DNA of 64,000 nucleotides from a candidate division FCPU426 bacterium (GCA_963771075.1 CAVYSE010000003.1:32001-96000), one strand, 5' to 3'. Counted from the first letter of the stretch, positions 1 to 10,239 are shown. Notes: generated by a model from the sequence alone, not told the origin. Program-made: numbers and translations.

Positions 1-768
1 AGAGCGGGGGAATTTGTACGCGCCTATTTGAACGGCAGCAAGGAAAATATCAGCCGGAGCGCGTCCCTCGCCACTATCGTCGTGGAGCGTATCTTTGACG
101 GGCTGACCATGCTGATCATCCTCTGGGCGGCACTCGCGTTCGGTCACTTGCCTATCCGCGCCGAAAACTTGGACCCCAACCTTCAATCGGCCATTCATAA
201 ATGCCCCTATGTTTTCGGTTTTGCCTTTATCTTTTTATTCATTATGTTACTGCTCAAGGAAAAAGCGGTTTCGGTGGCGGGTTTTTTTACCCGTTTACTT
301 CCAAGCAAAATCCAGGGGCCACTCGATAAGATATTCCAGACATTTTTTGACGGGCTAAAAATATTGAAAAACGCCAGGGAATCCCTCGCCGTCCTCGCCG
401 CTTCCCTTGCCGCCTGGACCTGCGAATTCACGAGTTATTACCTGGTGGCCTTGGGCATGGGTCATTCCCTTTCCGCCCTTTCACTTGGATCCGCCGCTCT
501 CCTTATGGCCATTGCCAATATTGCCATTCTTATTCCCAATGCCCCGGGCGGTTTCGGACTTTTCGAGTTTGTGGGGGTGGTGCTTCTCACTCCCTTTGGC
601 ATTCCAAAGGAGCTTGCCCTGGGTTACATTCTCATCGTTCACATTCTGGTGGTTTGGATGCCCATTAATCTCCTGGGGTTTTATTACATGGGCCGAGAAC
701 ACCTGAGCCTTCAAAAGCTTAAGAAAAGCCGGGAAGAAGAACTCTCTTTGCAAAGGACCCGTACATGA
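1..768 (+). CDS. Lysylphosphatidylglycerol synthase TM-domain / UPF0104 flippase-like membrane protein, 5'-truncated by window edge
   Basis: Frame is open from base 1 (RAGEFVRAYL), then ATIVVERIFD and IPNAPGGFGLFE motifs with multiple hydrophobic helices. Confidence 0.8.
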   Translation, partial: RAGEFVRAYLNGSKENISRSASLATIVVERIFDGLTMLIILWAALAFGHLPIRAENLDPNLQSAIHKCPYVFGFAFIFLFIMLLLKEKAVSVAGFFTRLLPSKIQGPLDKIFQTFFDGLKILKNARESLAVLAASLAAWTCEFTSYYLVALGMGHSLSALSLGSAALLMAIANIAILIPNAPGGFGLFEFVGVVLLTPFGIPKELALGYILIVHILVVWMPINLLGFYYMGREHLSLQKLKKSREEELSLQRTRT

Positions 769-2081
769 AAGTCGCCATCGTCGGGGCGGGGGTTGCGGGT
801 CTTACCGCAGCCTACCGGCTAGCCCTAAAGGGCCATGAGGTTGAGGTTTTCGAGGCCTCGGATCACGTGGGAGGCTTGGCTGCGGGTTTCCCGATTGCGG
901 GAACCACCTTGGAAAAGTATTACCATCATATATTCACGAGTGACACCCAGATCCGGGCGCTGGTGGATGAATTGGGCGTTCGGGAAAGCCTCCACTGGCT
1001 TCCCAGCCAGATGGGCCTTTCCTACCAGGGCAAACTCTATCAATTCGGGACCCCATCCCAAATTCTGAAACTGCCCCTTCTTCCTTATTGGGAGAGAATT
1101 TGGTTTGGTCTTCAGGGTCTTTATTTGGGGTTAAAAAATAATTGGAAACCATTGGAATCTATTACCGCCTATGAATGGCTCAAAAAACACACCGGCCCCG
1201 CCGTGATGAAGATCCTCTGGGAGCCCCTTTTAAGAAATAAATTCAATCGATACTACGACCAGGTGGCCATGGCTTGGTTCTGGGCCCGGGTTCATACCCG
1301 CTTCTCTTCCCGTAAGGGCGCCAAGGAAACCTTGGGTTATTTCAAGGGTGGTTTCGAGGTCTTTCACCAGGCCCTCGCCGAGGGTGCCCGGAAAGCCGGG
1401 GCAAAAATACACCTGATTACCCCCATCCAAAAAATTCTGGCCCAAAAGGGCGAATTCAAGGGACTCGTGACCGAAAAGGGGGAGAAATCCTTTGACCGGC
1501 TGATTTTCGCGGCCGCCACGCCCATCTTCCTGAAAACCTGTCCTGAACTTCCAAAAGATTACGTCCAACGCCTTACCCAACTGGATTTTCTGGGGGCACA
1601 ATGTCTGATCCTTGTTATGAAGGAAAAATTCAGCGATATGTACTGGATTAACAATGGGGATGCGGGAAACCCCATCCTGGCCCTGATCGAACACACCAAT
1701 TTCGCCCCCCTGGAATGGTACCAAGGCAAGCATCTGATGTACGTGGCCAACTACCTGCCCCAGGACCACAAGTATTTCAAAATGAAAAAAGAGGATATTT
1801 TCGCCGAATTGCTGCCCCATCTTCAAAGCATCAAGCCTGGATTCGATCCCTCCGTTATCGAGGAGATCCATTTGTTCCAGGATCTCTTTGCCCAACCCGT
1901 CGTCCCTCTCCATTACAGCGAATTAAAACCAGGTTACCAGACCCCCATCCAGAATTTATACCTAGCCAACATGGCCTTGGTTTACCCGGAGGACCGGGGC
2001 ACCAATTTTGCCGTGGATGTGGGAAACAAGGCCGCCCGGTTGGTGGATACCACCGTGGAAATACCGGCCTTTCGGGACTAA
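765..2081 (+). CDS. NAD(P)/FAD-dependent oxidoreductase (amine oxidase/protoporphyrinogen oxidase-like)
   Basis: N-terminal VAIVGAGVAGL Rossmann motif, VGGLA, LEKYYHHIF and YPEDRG motifs; ATGA overlap with upstream gene. Confidence 0.8.
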   Translation: MKVAIVGAGVAGLTAAYRLALKGHEVEVFEASDHVGGLAAGFPIAGTTLEKYYHHIFTSDTQIRALVDELGVRESLHWLPSQMGLSYQGKLYQFGTPSQILKLPLLPYWERIWFGLQGLYLGLKNNWKPLESITAYEWLKKHTGPAVMKILWEPLLRNKFNRYYDQVAMAWFWARVHTRFSSRKGAKETLGYFKGGFEVFHQALAEGARKAGAKIHLITPIQKILAQKGEFKGLVTEKGEKSFDRLIFAAATPIFLKTCPELPKDYVQRLTQLDFLGAQCLILVMKEKFSDMYWINNGDAGNPILALIEHTNFAPLEWYQGKHLMYVANYLPQDHKYFKMKKEDIFAELLPHLQSIKPGFDPSVIEEIHLFQDLFAQPVVPLHYSELKPGYQTPIQNLYLANMALVYPEDRGTNFAVDVGNKAARLVDTTVEIPAFRD

Positions 2082-2151
2082 GGTCGGGTTTTGTTTCCTG
2101 CCCTTCCCCGCGCGTGGTAAACTTTCAAAGTTTCAAAACCAAGGAGTGATT

Positions 2152-2847
2152 ATGCCCAAGCTTTCTTCCCTTTCCATTTTTTTCCCTTGTTACAACGAGG
2201 AAGCCAATGTTGAGAGAATGATTCGACAGGCACAGGGAATCTTGCCGGAGGTTGCCGTCGAATGGGAAATCATTCCCGTCAACGACGGCAGCAAGGATAA
2301 GACCGGCGAAATTATCGACCGTCTCGCTAAAGAAGATCCCCACGTTCACCCGGTCCATCACGAAAAAAACAAGGGTTATGGAGGCGCGGTGATATCCGGT
2401 TACAACGCGTCTCGTTTTGATTACCTTTTTTTCACGGATGGGGATCTGCAATTCGACCTGAGGGAAATCACGCTTTTGATCGAAAAAATTGACGAAGGGG
2501 ATTTGATCCTGGGTTACCGAAAAAATCGCCAGGATCCGGCGCTCCGAAAGTTAAATGCCTTTATGTGGGGATCTTTGGTGAAATTGCTTTTTGGTTTTAA
2601 GGTGAGGGATGTGGACTGCGCCTTTAAACTGATGAAACGTCGGGTCAAGGACAAAGTGGAATTGACCGCGGGGGGGGCCATGGTTTCCACCGAACTTCTG
2701 GCCCGCTCTCATAAGGAAAAATTCAGGTTCGTGGAAGTCGGGGTGACGCACTATCCTCGCACCGCGGGAACCCAAACCGGAGCGAAATTATCGGTCATCC
2801 TGCGGGCTTTCAAGGAACTCTTCAAGCTTTACAATCGGTTGAAGTAA
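2152..2847 (+). CDS. Glycosyltransferase family 2, DPM1-like (polyprenol-phosphate glycosyltransferase)
   Basis: SIFFPCYNEE, VNDGSKD, NKGYGGA, TDGDLQ and DVDCAFK motifs; AAGGAG RBS before ATG 2152. Confidence 0.85.
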   Translation: MPKLSSLSIFFPCYNEEANVERMIRQAQGILPEVAVEWEIIPVNDGSKDKTGEIIDRLAKEDPHVHPVHHEKNKGYGGAVISGYNASRFDYLFFTDGDLQFDLREITLLIEKIDEGDLILGYRKNRQDPALRKLNAFMWGSLVKLLFGFKVRDVDCAFKLMKRRVKDKVELTAGGAMVSTELLARSHKEKFRFVEVGVTHYPRTAGTQTGAKLSVILRAFKELFKLYNRLK

Positions 2848-2870
2848 TCCACTTCTTCCACCCTAAAATA

Positions 2871-2910
2871 AAAAAAAGCCACTCCCCGACCGGGGGCGGC
2901 TTTTTTTTAT
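2871..2910. terminator. Bidirectional intrinsic terminator
   Basis: A-tract, GC stem (gccactcccc/gggggcggc) and T8 tract between two convergent genes. Confidence 0.8.
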
Positions 2911-2917
2911 TCCCTGT

Positions 2918-3907
2918 TTAACTTTGCGCCTGTAGGAAAGATAAGTGCTGTTTGGCTTGTTGGATATAATCGGGCTGACCGGAATATTGCAGCACTTTGT
3001 GCCAGGCGTCTTCCGCGTCCTGTTTCCGTCCCAAGCGCTCGCAAGTGAGGGCAAGATCCGTGTAGATGTCCGCGTTTTGAGGGTTCAAGGTGGATGCCTT
3101 TTGGAAGGCCTGCAAGGCATCATCATTCTGGTTTTTATCAAGATAAAGATCCCCAAGGTTAAATTGGAAGTCGGCGTTGGAAGGATCCAGGCTGACCGCT
3201 TGCTGGTAAAGACTCAATGCGTCGTCATAGTTTCCCGCGTCTTGGAACATTTTTGCCAGATTATTGATGGAGTCCACATGGTTCGGATTAAATCGAAGGG
3301 ACATCTCGTACATCCGAACGGCGGCGTCATCCATGGAAAAATGGTGGTAAAGATACCCCATCGCGAAATAGGCCATCGAATAGGTGGGATCCACCTTAAG
3401 GGCCTGCTTCAGGAAGTTATAGGAAGCGCGGTAATTTTTCTGATCGAATTGGGCTTTTCCCTTGTGGTAAAAGGTCTCAGCGTCTCCCAATTGGACTTCC
3501 GAGTTTTCCTCAGCGGATTTTTCTTTCACGATAGGCGCGGAAGGTGCGGGAGTCTTGACATGGTGCGCGTGATGGCCAGTTGCGGGCGCAGGCGTCGGTT
3601 GTCCTAAAATCGGGTTTAAAACAATCTTTGCCTCTTCCGTCTCGGTAAATCGGGGAGGCCAACTCAAACGCCAATGGTCCGCTTCTTCCACGAAATAAAA
3701 ACCAATTAAAGCGATAATCGCTAGAAGGAAAAGAACATCCACGAAATCCCGGCCTAAGTCCCCAAGGCGAAAGGACCCAGCCTTGGCAGCCTCGGCGGGG
3801 GCTGTTTTTTTCTTTTCTTTATCGGACTTGGGAAGTTCAGTCCCACACTTAACGCATATTTTCGTGCCTTCGGGATTTTCCGCTCCGCAGGCCGGACACT
3901 TGATCAT
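2918..3907 (-). CDS. Zinc-ribbon, single-TM, TPR-repeat protein
   Basis: CPACG..CVKCG N-terminus, one TM helix, Pro-rich linker, about 5 TPR motifs; AGAGG RBS before ATG 3907. Confidence 0.8.
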   Translation of the reverse strand: MIKCPACGAENPEGTKICVKCGTELPKSDKEKKKTAPAEAAKAGSFRLGDLGRDFVDVLFLLAIIALIGFYFVEEADHWRLSWPPRFTETEEAKIVLNPILGQPTPAPATGHHAHHVKTPAPSAPIVKEKSAEENSEVQLGDAETFYHKGKAQFDQKNYRASYNFLKQALKVDPTYSMAYFAMGYLYHHFSMDDAAVRMYEMSLRFNPNHVDSINNLAKMFQDAGNYDDALSLYQQAVSLDPSNADFQFNLGDLYLDKNQNDDALQAFQKASTLNPQNADIYTDLALTCERLGRKQDAEDAWHKVLQYSGQPDYIQQAKQHLSFLQAQS

Positions 3908-4022
3908 GAACAAACCTCTTGAGGATGGAATAATAGCCATGACAGGGCTGACAACGTTTTACGACGGCCTAAAACCTTTTTACTTTAACTCCCGACGTTT
4001 GGGCCTGTCAACTTAATCCCGG

Positions 4023-5219
4023 TCAGGATGTTGAACCTTCGCGGGCTTCCGTGATTTGAGCACGTATTTTTTGGGACAATTTCTGCACTTGGTCTAAACC
4101 CTGCTGGGCCATATCAAACTTTTCGCGCACCTGCCCACCCGCACTATTGATTTTTTCCAGGAGTTGCACGAGTAACTCGTTGTCATTCCTTTGGTCGTCC
4201 AACGCCTTGGAAATTTCTCCTAACAAACCACCCGCCTTGCGGATGGATTTGACGATGTTCATGAAAACATCCCCCGCGCTGTAGACCACGTTTACATTTT
4301 CCTCAATTTTACCAGTGGTGTTGATAAGGGAAATGGCGTTTGTGGTCTTGCTTCGGATATCATCCACCAGATGTTTCACATCACCTGCCGCCTTTGCAGA
4401 GGCCTCCGCCAAAATCTTAATTTCGCCAGCCACTACCGCGAATCCCGTCCCTTGTTCCCCGGCCCGCGCCGCCTCGATCCCAGCGTTCAGGGCCAATAGG
4501 TTCGTTTTTCGTGCGATAGTCGTGATGGTCGCAAGAAAATCCCCGATTTGTTCCGAAGAAAGGTTGAGTTGTTGGATCACTTCGGCGGAGGAACCGATGG
4601 TCGCCTTGATCTCTGTCATGGCCTTGATTTCCTTGCCCACGGTTTTGATACCCTCTGTCGCTGATCGGGCCGCGGAATCCGTGTCCAAAGCAACCTTATG
4701 GCTGTCATTCACGATGATTTCGTTTAATTGAAGGAGGGACTTATTAATTCGGCCCGCTTTTTCAATGGTTGTGGACCAGTCGTGTATGACATCTTTGAAA
4801 GCATAAAACGCTTGGATGGTTTGTTCTTGTTCCCGAACCAACCGTTCTAAGGTCTCAAGAATTTCCAAGCTGGGGATGGTTTCACCCTCCGGTCGAGCAA
4901 TCGAAGACGCGTCCGACTGGTTCTTTCCCATTTCGACAATGCCCCGGGCAAAGGCCTCCATGGGGCGGGAATCCGCCGCGGATACCTCTAGAAGGCTATT
5001 CAGGCTGGGCGAGGGGTCTTGAGCACGGATACGTTCTTGCAGAAAGTTGTAAGCTTTCTCCTGGCCACGAAAAAAAGTCCAAGCTCCCAATGCCCAGAGT
5101 GCCAGCCCCGCCAGGGGGGCTGTCAACCATGGGCTAAAATAATCTTGTAACGTTCCCAATATCCCGCCCAATAAAAGCCAGAGAAACCAAAGGGGGAAAA
5201 ACAAGGAGCGTCCAATCAT
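4023..5219 (-). CDS. Methyl-accepting chemotaxis protein
   Basis: IARKTNLLALNAGIEAARAGEQGTGFAVVAGEIK signalling hairpin; two N-terminal TM helices. Confidence 0.9.
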   Translation of the reverse strand: MIGRSLFFPLWFLWLLLGGILGTLQDYFSPWLTAPLAGLALWALGAWTFFRGQEKAYNFLQERIRAQDPSPSLNSLLEVSAADSRPMEAFARGIVEMGKNQSDASSIARPEGETIPSLEILETLERLVREQEQTIQAFYAFKDVIHDWSTTIEKAGRINKSLLQLNEIIVNDSHKVALDTDSAARSATEGIKTVGKEIKAMTEIKATIGSSAEVIQQLNLSSEQIGDFLATITTIARKTNLLALNAGIEAARAGEQGTGFAVVAGEIKILAEASAKAAGDVKHLVDDIRSKTTNAISLINTTGKIEENVNVVYSAGDVFMNIVKSIRKAGGLLGEISKALDDQRNDNELLVQLLEKINSAGGQVREKFDMAQQGLDQVQKLSQKIRAQITEAREGSTS

Positions 5220-5227
5220 AGATTTAT

Positions 5228-5605
5228 TTATTTTCCGTTTTGGGATTGAGTAAGATAGTTTTTTAGGGCGTCCACATCCTCTTCTTTCATGGCCAAAAAG
5301 TGGAGTCCCCCTCCGGTCTCATTGGACCAAACAACCTCCGCAAAAGCTGATACCATTTTGGCATTTTCGGGAATCGATATATCTAGTCGAAGGATGCTTC
5401 CCACATTGAGGACCTGTTCGGTAACCAGGTATAGCCCACCCAAACTCATATCCATGGTTTGGCTGGTCTGTTCGCGCTTTTTACGCTCGAAAACCGTTTC
5501 GATTTCCTTTTGATCTTCAATGACCCTGTACTTCACTGGAATCTTGACCGAAACGCGGGGATGAACCCTTTTTTCAAGAAACATATTGGCGTCAGGCATT
5601 ATCAA
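5228..5605 (-). CDS. Stand-alone PilZ-domain protein (c-di-GMP receptor)
   Basis: RxxxR (EKRVHPRV) and DxSxxG (DMSLGG) motifs, AEVVW and GLHF strands. Confidence 0.85.
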   Translation of the reverse strand: MIMPDANMFLEKRVHPRVSVKIPVKYRVIEDQKEIETVFERKKREQTSQTMDMSLGGLYLVTEQVLNVGSILRLDISIPENAKMVSAFAEVVWSNETGGGLHFLAMKEEDVDALKNYLTQSQNGK

Positions 5606-5623
5606 ACTCCTTCGCTACAAGGC

Positions 5624-6658
5624 TCAAAAAGGCTTGAAATCCAGGCCCAAACTAAACATCAAACCCTGGGCGGGGCTTAATCCCCCGATTGCCCAGGGGA
5701 TATAAATTAGTTGGCCATCCACCGAAAATGTTTTGTCCACTTGAACTTCCATTCCATAGGTCGCAAAAGAAAGCTGGTTCGTTGTATCAAGATACCCAAG
5801 TAGGTTGGGTTGATTTCCATAACTCAAAACCTGGCCATTAAACGCCATTAATCCACTCATCCGGGTCCTAAGCTGGAAGTAAAAAGTAACCTGCCTTTGG
5901 GCTCGCTTATAAATCAAATAGCTTATCTTCCCAGAAAAAAACCAATTGTCGGGCCATTGGAATGTCCCCGCCCCAAAATAAGAAGAACTGTTGAGTGGAA
6001 CGGGGTTCGTATTTTCATAGTGTATACTTTGAAAAAAAGAAAATCCATACGCATCTTCTTCCATGACAAGCCCCAGCGCCTTACGGGCCGCGCCTTTCCC
6101 AGTCGCCAAAAGCGGGTAAACTTCATAAAAAGGGTTGGATCCAGTGGGCAAGCGGTACCAACCATCCAAACCGATATAATTTCCTTTTTCCCATTTGCCC
6201 GAAATGAGATAAGTCGCTGCAATTTCAATATCCCCGAACTTTTCCTCACTGTGGGTCCCGTTAGAGGTAACCCCCGCGCTGGTGACGGTTCCCGCGTCTT
6301 CTAAAGCGTTTCCCTCAAAAGGAACGGTGACCTTTAGGTTAACTTGATCCGTCACCCAATCATGAACTCGAAAACCGTACTCAATATCCCGCACGGAATA
6401 GGCCCTAGGAACATTCGACACCTCGCTAACCGGGTTAAAAAAACTGTCCGGAACTCCCGCATTGACCCAGTAAAAACTTGGCTTTTCTTCCCGGAAAAAA
6501 GAGATGGATGTTTCTTCGCGTGAAACCTCCGTGAGAGGAAAAAGATCAAGCTCAACCGCTTCTGCCCGGAGGGAAAGGATGGATTGAAGGAAAATTAAAA
6601 GACAAAGACGAAGAAATGCAAAAGGTTTAAAGACCAAACGGGATCTAAAGGTCTTCAC
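5624..6658 (-). CDS. Putative outer-membrane beta-barrel protein (MetA-pathway/'transporter'-like); start uncertain
   Basis: Signal-like N-terminus, FGDIE and LPTG motifs, amphipathic strands, C-terminal Phe (LDFKPF). Confidence 0.55.
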   Translation of the reverse strand: MKTFRSRLVFKPFAFLRLCLLIFLQSILSLRAEAVELDLFPLTEVSREETSISFFREEKPSFYWVNAGVPDSFFNPVSEVSNVPRAYSVRDIEYGFRVHDWVTDQVNLKVTVPFEGNALEDAGTVTSAGVTSNGTHSEEKFGDIEIAATYLISGKWEKGNYIGLDGWYRLPTGSNPFYEVYPLLATGKGAARKALGLVMEEDAYGFSFFQSIHYENTNPVPLNSSSYFGAGTFQWPDNWFFSGKISYLIYKRAQRQVTFYFQLRTRMSGLMAFNGQVLSYGNQPNLLGYLDTTNQLSFATYGMEVQVDKTFSVDGQLIYIPWAIGGLSPAQGLMFSLGLDFKPF

Positions 6659-6665
6659 GTGTAAA

Positions 6666-7283
6666 TCAGAAACGCAGGGCCAGTTGAGCGCCACTCCTAG
6701 GTTTGACCTCAAATGTCAGGGAAAGATTGTTGCGGTGGTTGTAATTATTGGCCCCATTAGCGGCATCCTGAATGCCAAACCCATAAACCGCAAGGGTGGC
6801 TAAACCAATTAATTCGCCCGCATCCTCATTTTTCACTACAGCATTACCGTTATGAGATACGTCATTTGGATTGGCTCCAGCGCCATTCGCGGCGCCATTG
6901 TTGCCATTGACAAGCGACAAATTGTCGATCGTCTGCCAAAGCCCGACCCCAAAAAGACCGGCAAAAATCAATCCTCTTAAAGGGTCCTCATCATAAACCT
7001 GTCCAACGCCGGGAATCACCGTGGAAAAAATCGCCGCCGTCGTGGGGTCCTTGGGTTTAATCCCAGGAAGAGGTGTGGCAGTGGGAGACGGCATAGCTAA
7101 TGGCCTTACCTCCTGGGGTTTTGGAGTCGCCGCTTGGGGCTCATCGGACTGCTCCGTTTGTTCCACGAACGGAGGCGGGACGGGAGTAGGCGTTGAGTTG
7201 CCCCAAAAAGTAGGAGAGGCCCAAAGGAGGGTTCCAGGAAGAAAAGTTAAAAAGAATAGCCCTACCCGAAAATTTGATCTCAT
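6666..7283 (-). CDS. Exported/membrane hypothetical protein (DUF5683/TM2-like)
   Basis: Signal peptide, Pro/Thr linker, KDPTTAAIFSTVIPGVGQVY motif, C-terminal LALRF. Confidence 0.55.
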   Translation of the reverse strand: MRSNFRVGLFFLTFLPGTLLWASPTFWGNSTPTPVPPPFVEQTEQSDEPQAATPKPQEVRPLAMPSPTATPLPGIKPKDPTTAAIFSTVIPGVGQVYDEDPLRGLIFAGLFGVGLWQTIDNLSLVNGNNGAANGAGANPNDVSHNGNAVVKNEDAGELIGLATLAVYGFGIQDAANGANNYNHRNNLSLTFEVKPRSGAQLALRF

Positions 7284-7289
7284 GCGTCT

Positions 7290-7318
7290 AAGGTATCTTC
7301 CCTCCCTGCCCCTGTCAA
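7290..7318 (-). promoter_or_regulatory. Sigma70-type promoter
   Basis: TTGACA-17 bp-TACCTT on the minus strand, 6 nt upstream of ATG 7283. Confidence 0.55.
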
Positions 7319-7332
7319 GAAATCGGCAAGGA

Positions 7333-8916
7333 TTATAGGCTCACAAAACGCAAATCCTGAATTTGTGGAATACCCTTTAATTCAGCCAATACCTTCTCGG
7401 GGACCTCATTGTCCACGTTCACCATGGCAACAGCCTTACCGCCTACTTCCTGCCGCCCCACATGCAATCCCGCGATGTTTACCCCATTGTTTCCGAGGAT
7501 GGTTCCCAATTTTCCAACGATCCCCGGCTTATCTTGGTGTGCCATCCAGATCATGGGGCCCGAAGGGGTAAAATCCGTATTACTTCCGTCCAAATTAACG
7601 ATCCTCATCTCGGTCTTGCCGAAAACTGTTCCCGAAATGGAATGGCTTCCCTTTTCGTTCTTAATGGCTACGGTTAATAACGAAGAATAATCTTTCACGG
7701 TGTTATTGATGGTTTCCGTGATTTGAAATCCCTTTTCCTTGGCGATCACAAGCGCGTTGACGTAATTGACACCGCCTTTCATCCCTTTATCCAGGATACC
7801 CTTGACTAGGCTTAAGGTTAAGGGTTTCAGGTCAAATTTGGCGATTTCACCGTTATATTCCACATGGATATCACGGATATAGGATTCAGCCAGCTGGGAA
7901 TGAAAGGAACCGATTTTTTCCATCAGGTCCAGATAAGGTTTCAATTCCTCAAGAATTTTTGGATCCATGGAAGGCATGTTGATGGCGTTTCGGACCCGCC
8001 CTCCCTTAAGGGCTTCCACCATTTGTTCCGCCACCACGACCGCCACATTGACTTGGGCTTCCTGGGTGGCCGCACCCAAATGCGGCACAAATACCACGTT
8101 ATTTAGGTTCAGGAGGGGACTGTCAAAGGGCGGTTCCTTCTCGAACACATCCAAGGCGGCTCCCGCCACCTGGCCACTCACCAAAGCGTCATGGAGGGCT
8201 TTTTCATCAATGATTCCCCCCCTTGCGCAATTGATGAGGCGCACGCCCTTCCTCATCTTGGCGATTTGGGCGGTCCCCAAAAGGCCCTTGGTTTCTTTCG
8301 TTAAAGGCGTGTGCACCGTGATGAAATCGGATCTTACGATCAGGTTGTCCAGCGTCACGATCTCAAACTCATGTCCCTGGGCCCGCGCCGGGTCGAGAAA
8401 GGGGTCGTAACCGATGACATTCATTCCCAAGCCCCGGGCTTTCCGCGCCACGTTGGTGCCAATCCGGCCCATCCCCACCACACCCAAGGTCTTCTCATTT
8501 AATTCACATCCGGTGAAATTGGTCCTTTCCCACCTTTTCTCCCGAAGGGATTGCATGGCTTGCGGGATCATCCGGGCCATCGACATCAACATGGCCACGG
8601 TATGTTCCGCGGTGGAAATGGTGTTTCCGTCCGGGGTATTCATAACGATGATCCCCCGTTTCGTGGCGGCCTCGATATCGACATTATCGACCCCGACCCC
8701 TGCCCGTCCGATGACCTTTAAATCCGGCGCGGCCTGGATCAAGTCTGCGGTCACCGTAGTACCGCTTCGGATGACCCAAGCATGAAATCCCGGGAGGATG
8801 GCTTTCAATTGTTCGGGAGTTTTTTTTAGGTGTTCTTCCACCTGAAAATCTTTCTCCCTTGTGAAAACTTCCATACCCTGCTCGGACAAAGCGTCAGTGA
8901 CAAGGACCTTAATCAT
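7333..8916 (-). CDS. serA: D-3-phosphoglycerate dehydrogenase (long form with ASB and ACT domains)
   Basis: GRAGVGVDN, GMGRIG, INCARGG and PHLGA motifs; C-terminal DKPGIVG ACT domain. Confidence 0.95.
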   Translation of the reverse strand: MIKVLVTDALSEQGMEVFTREKDFQVEEHLKKTPEQLKAILPGFHAWVIRSGTTVTADLIQAAPDLKVIGRAGVGVDNVDIEAATKRGIIVMNTPDGNTISTAEHTVAMLMSMARMIPQAMQSLREKRWERTNFTGCELNEKTLGVVGMGRIGTNVARKARGLGMNVIGYDPFLDPARAQGHEFEIVTLDNLIVRSDFITVHTPLTKETKGLLGTAQIAKMRKGVRLINCARGGIIDEKALHDALVSGQVAGAALDVFEKEPPFDSPLLNLNNVVFVPHLGAATQEAQVNVAVVVAEQMVEALKGGRVRNAINMPSMDPKILEELKPYLDLMEKIGSFHSQLAESYIRDIHVEYNGEIAKFDLKPLTLSLVKGILDKGMKGGVNYVNALVIAKEKGFQITETINNTVKDYSSLLTVAIKNEKGSHSISGTVFGKTEMRIVNLDGSNTDFTPSGPMIWMAHQDKPGIVGKLGTILGNNGVNIAGLHVGRQEVGGKAVAMVNVDNEVPEKVLAELKGIPQIQDLRFVSL

Positions 8917-8936
8917 TTTCTCCCCTTATTTAGGTT

Positions 8937-10091
8937 TTATAGATTTTCTTCGAGCAGTACCTGCAGGGATGCCTTGACTCCCGTTCCCAGGGCGACCTTT
9001 ATTCCCAGCTTCGTGAGAATCATTTCCAAACGGGCTATCGCGAGGATCGTGTCAGACCCATCCACATATCCCAGATGGCCGATCCGGAAGATCTTTCCCT
9101 TGGCCGGTCCCTGACCCCCGGCAATGCTGATTCCGTAATTATCCCGGTAGGCCTTGTTGATGAGGCCGCTGTCCACCCCATCGGGAGAGATCACGGAGGT
9201 CACGGCGGGAGAAGGGGCCGTGGGGGCATAAAGCTTGAGTCCCAAGGCCTCCACTCCGGCGCGGGTGGCGCGGGCCAGCCCAGCGTGACGTTTCCATATG
9301 TTTTCCATCCCCTCCTGGTGAATCAACTCCAAGGCTTTTTTCAGCTGGATGATCAGCGAGATGGCCGGGGTAAAGGGGGTATCGGGCATCTTTTCCTCGG
9401 TCAATTTTTTCAGGGCTTTTTCGTAGCTGAAATAAAATTTCGGATTTTTCGAGCTTTTACTTTTCTCGATTGCGGCCGGGTTTATCGAAGTGAAGCTCAA
9501 GCCGGGGGGAATCATGAAGCCTTTTTGAGATCCCGAAACAACTACGTCCAGTCCCCAGGCATCCGTTTCACAGGGAGCGGCGCCCAAACCGGAAACCGCA
9601 TCCACCACGATCAAAGCCCCCGCCGCATGAGCGATCTTTGCCAAAGACTGCACGTCATTTATATTTCCGGTGGCTGTTTCATTGAGGGTGGTGAATACCA
9701 TCTTGATTTCAGGGCTGGCTTTGAGTCTCTTTTCAACCTCCGAAGGATCCACAGCCTTTCCCCACTCACACTCGTAGTAATCAGTTTGAACGCCATAAAC
9801 CTTACAAATGTCATTCCAGCGTTTCCCGAACCAGCCAGACGAGGCGACCAGAACCTTCTCTCCGGGCGATGTCAAGTTGGCGACCGCCGCTTCCATGGCT
9901 CCAGTCCCGACTGAGGAGAAGGTTATGACAGGATTCTTGGTACGATAGAATGCTTGGAGCCCTTCGGAAGCAACCTTGAAGAGGGCCTGAAAACCGGGTG
10001 TGCGGTGATGAGGAATAGGCATACTGGCTTCTGCTAACACTTCAGGAGGAATCGCGGTGGGTCCTGGGGCCATAATGAACTTTTTCTTCAT
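8937..10091 (-). CDS. Class V PLP aminotransferase (alanine-glyoxylate/serine-pyruvate family), probable phosphoserine aminotransferase by context
   Basis: MAPGPT, NETATG, VDAVS, GSQKGFMIPPG (PLP lysine) and FRIGHLG motifs; directly upstream of serA. Confidence 0.85.
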   Translation of the reverse strand: MKKKFIMAPGPTAIPPEVLAEASMPIPHHRTPGFQALFKVASEGLQAFYRTKNPVITFSSVGTGAMEAAVANLTSPGEKVLVASSGWFGKRWNDICKVYGVQTDYYECEWGKAVDPSEVEKRLKASPEIKMVFTTLNETATGNINDVQSLAKIAHAAGALIVVDAVSGLGAAPCETDAWGLDVVVSGSQKGFMIPPGLSFTSINPAAIEKSKSSKNPKFYFSYEKALKKLTEEKMPDTPFTPAISLIIQLKKALELIHQEGMENIWKRHAGLARATRAGVEALGLKLYAPTAPSPAVTSVISPDGVDSGLINKAYRDNYGISIAGGQGPAKGKIFRIGHLGYVDGSDTILAIARLEMILTKLGIKVALGTGVKASLQVLLEENL

Positions 10092-10187
10092 GGGAAACCT
10101 CTTTTCTTCCCTTGCGGGCCTCAAATTAAATGACAGTTCAGATCAAACACCCAGTTGGGCACTCCCCAATTTTTCAAGAATCTCGTT

Positions 10188-10215
10188 AGTTTAGCTATCG
10201 ACCTAGGGGAGTCAA
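10188..10215 (-). promoter_or_regulatory. Candidate sigma70 promoter for aminotransferase-serA
   Basis: TTGACT-16 bp-TAAACT on the minus strand. Confidence 0.4.
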
Positions 10216-10239
10216 GTGAGTTTCAACAATATTTGAATT

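Noticed and set aside
10092..10187. Riboswitch ahead of aminotransferase-serA
   Set aside because: No recognisable glycine, ZTP, SAM or T-box consensus
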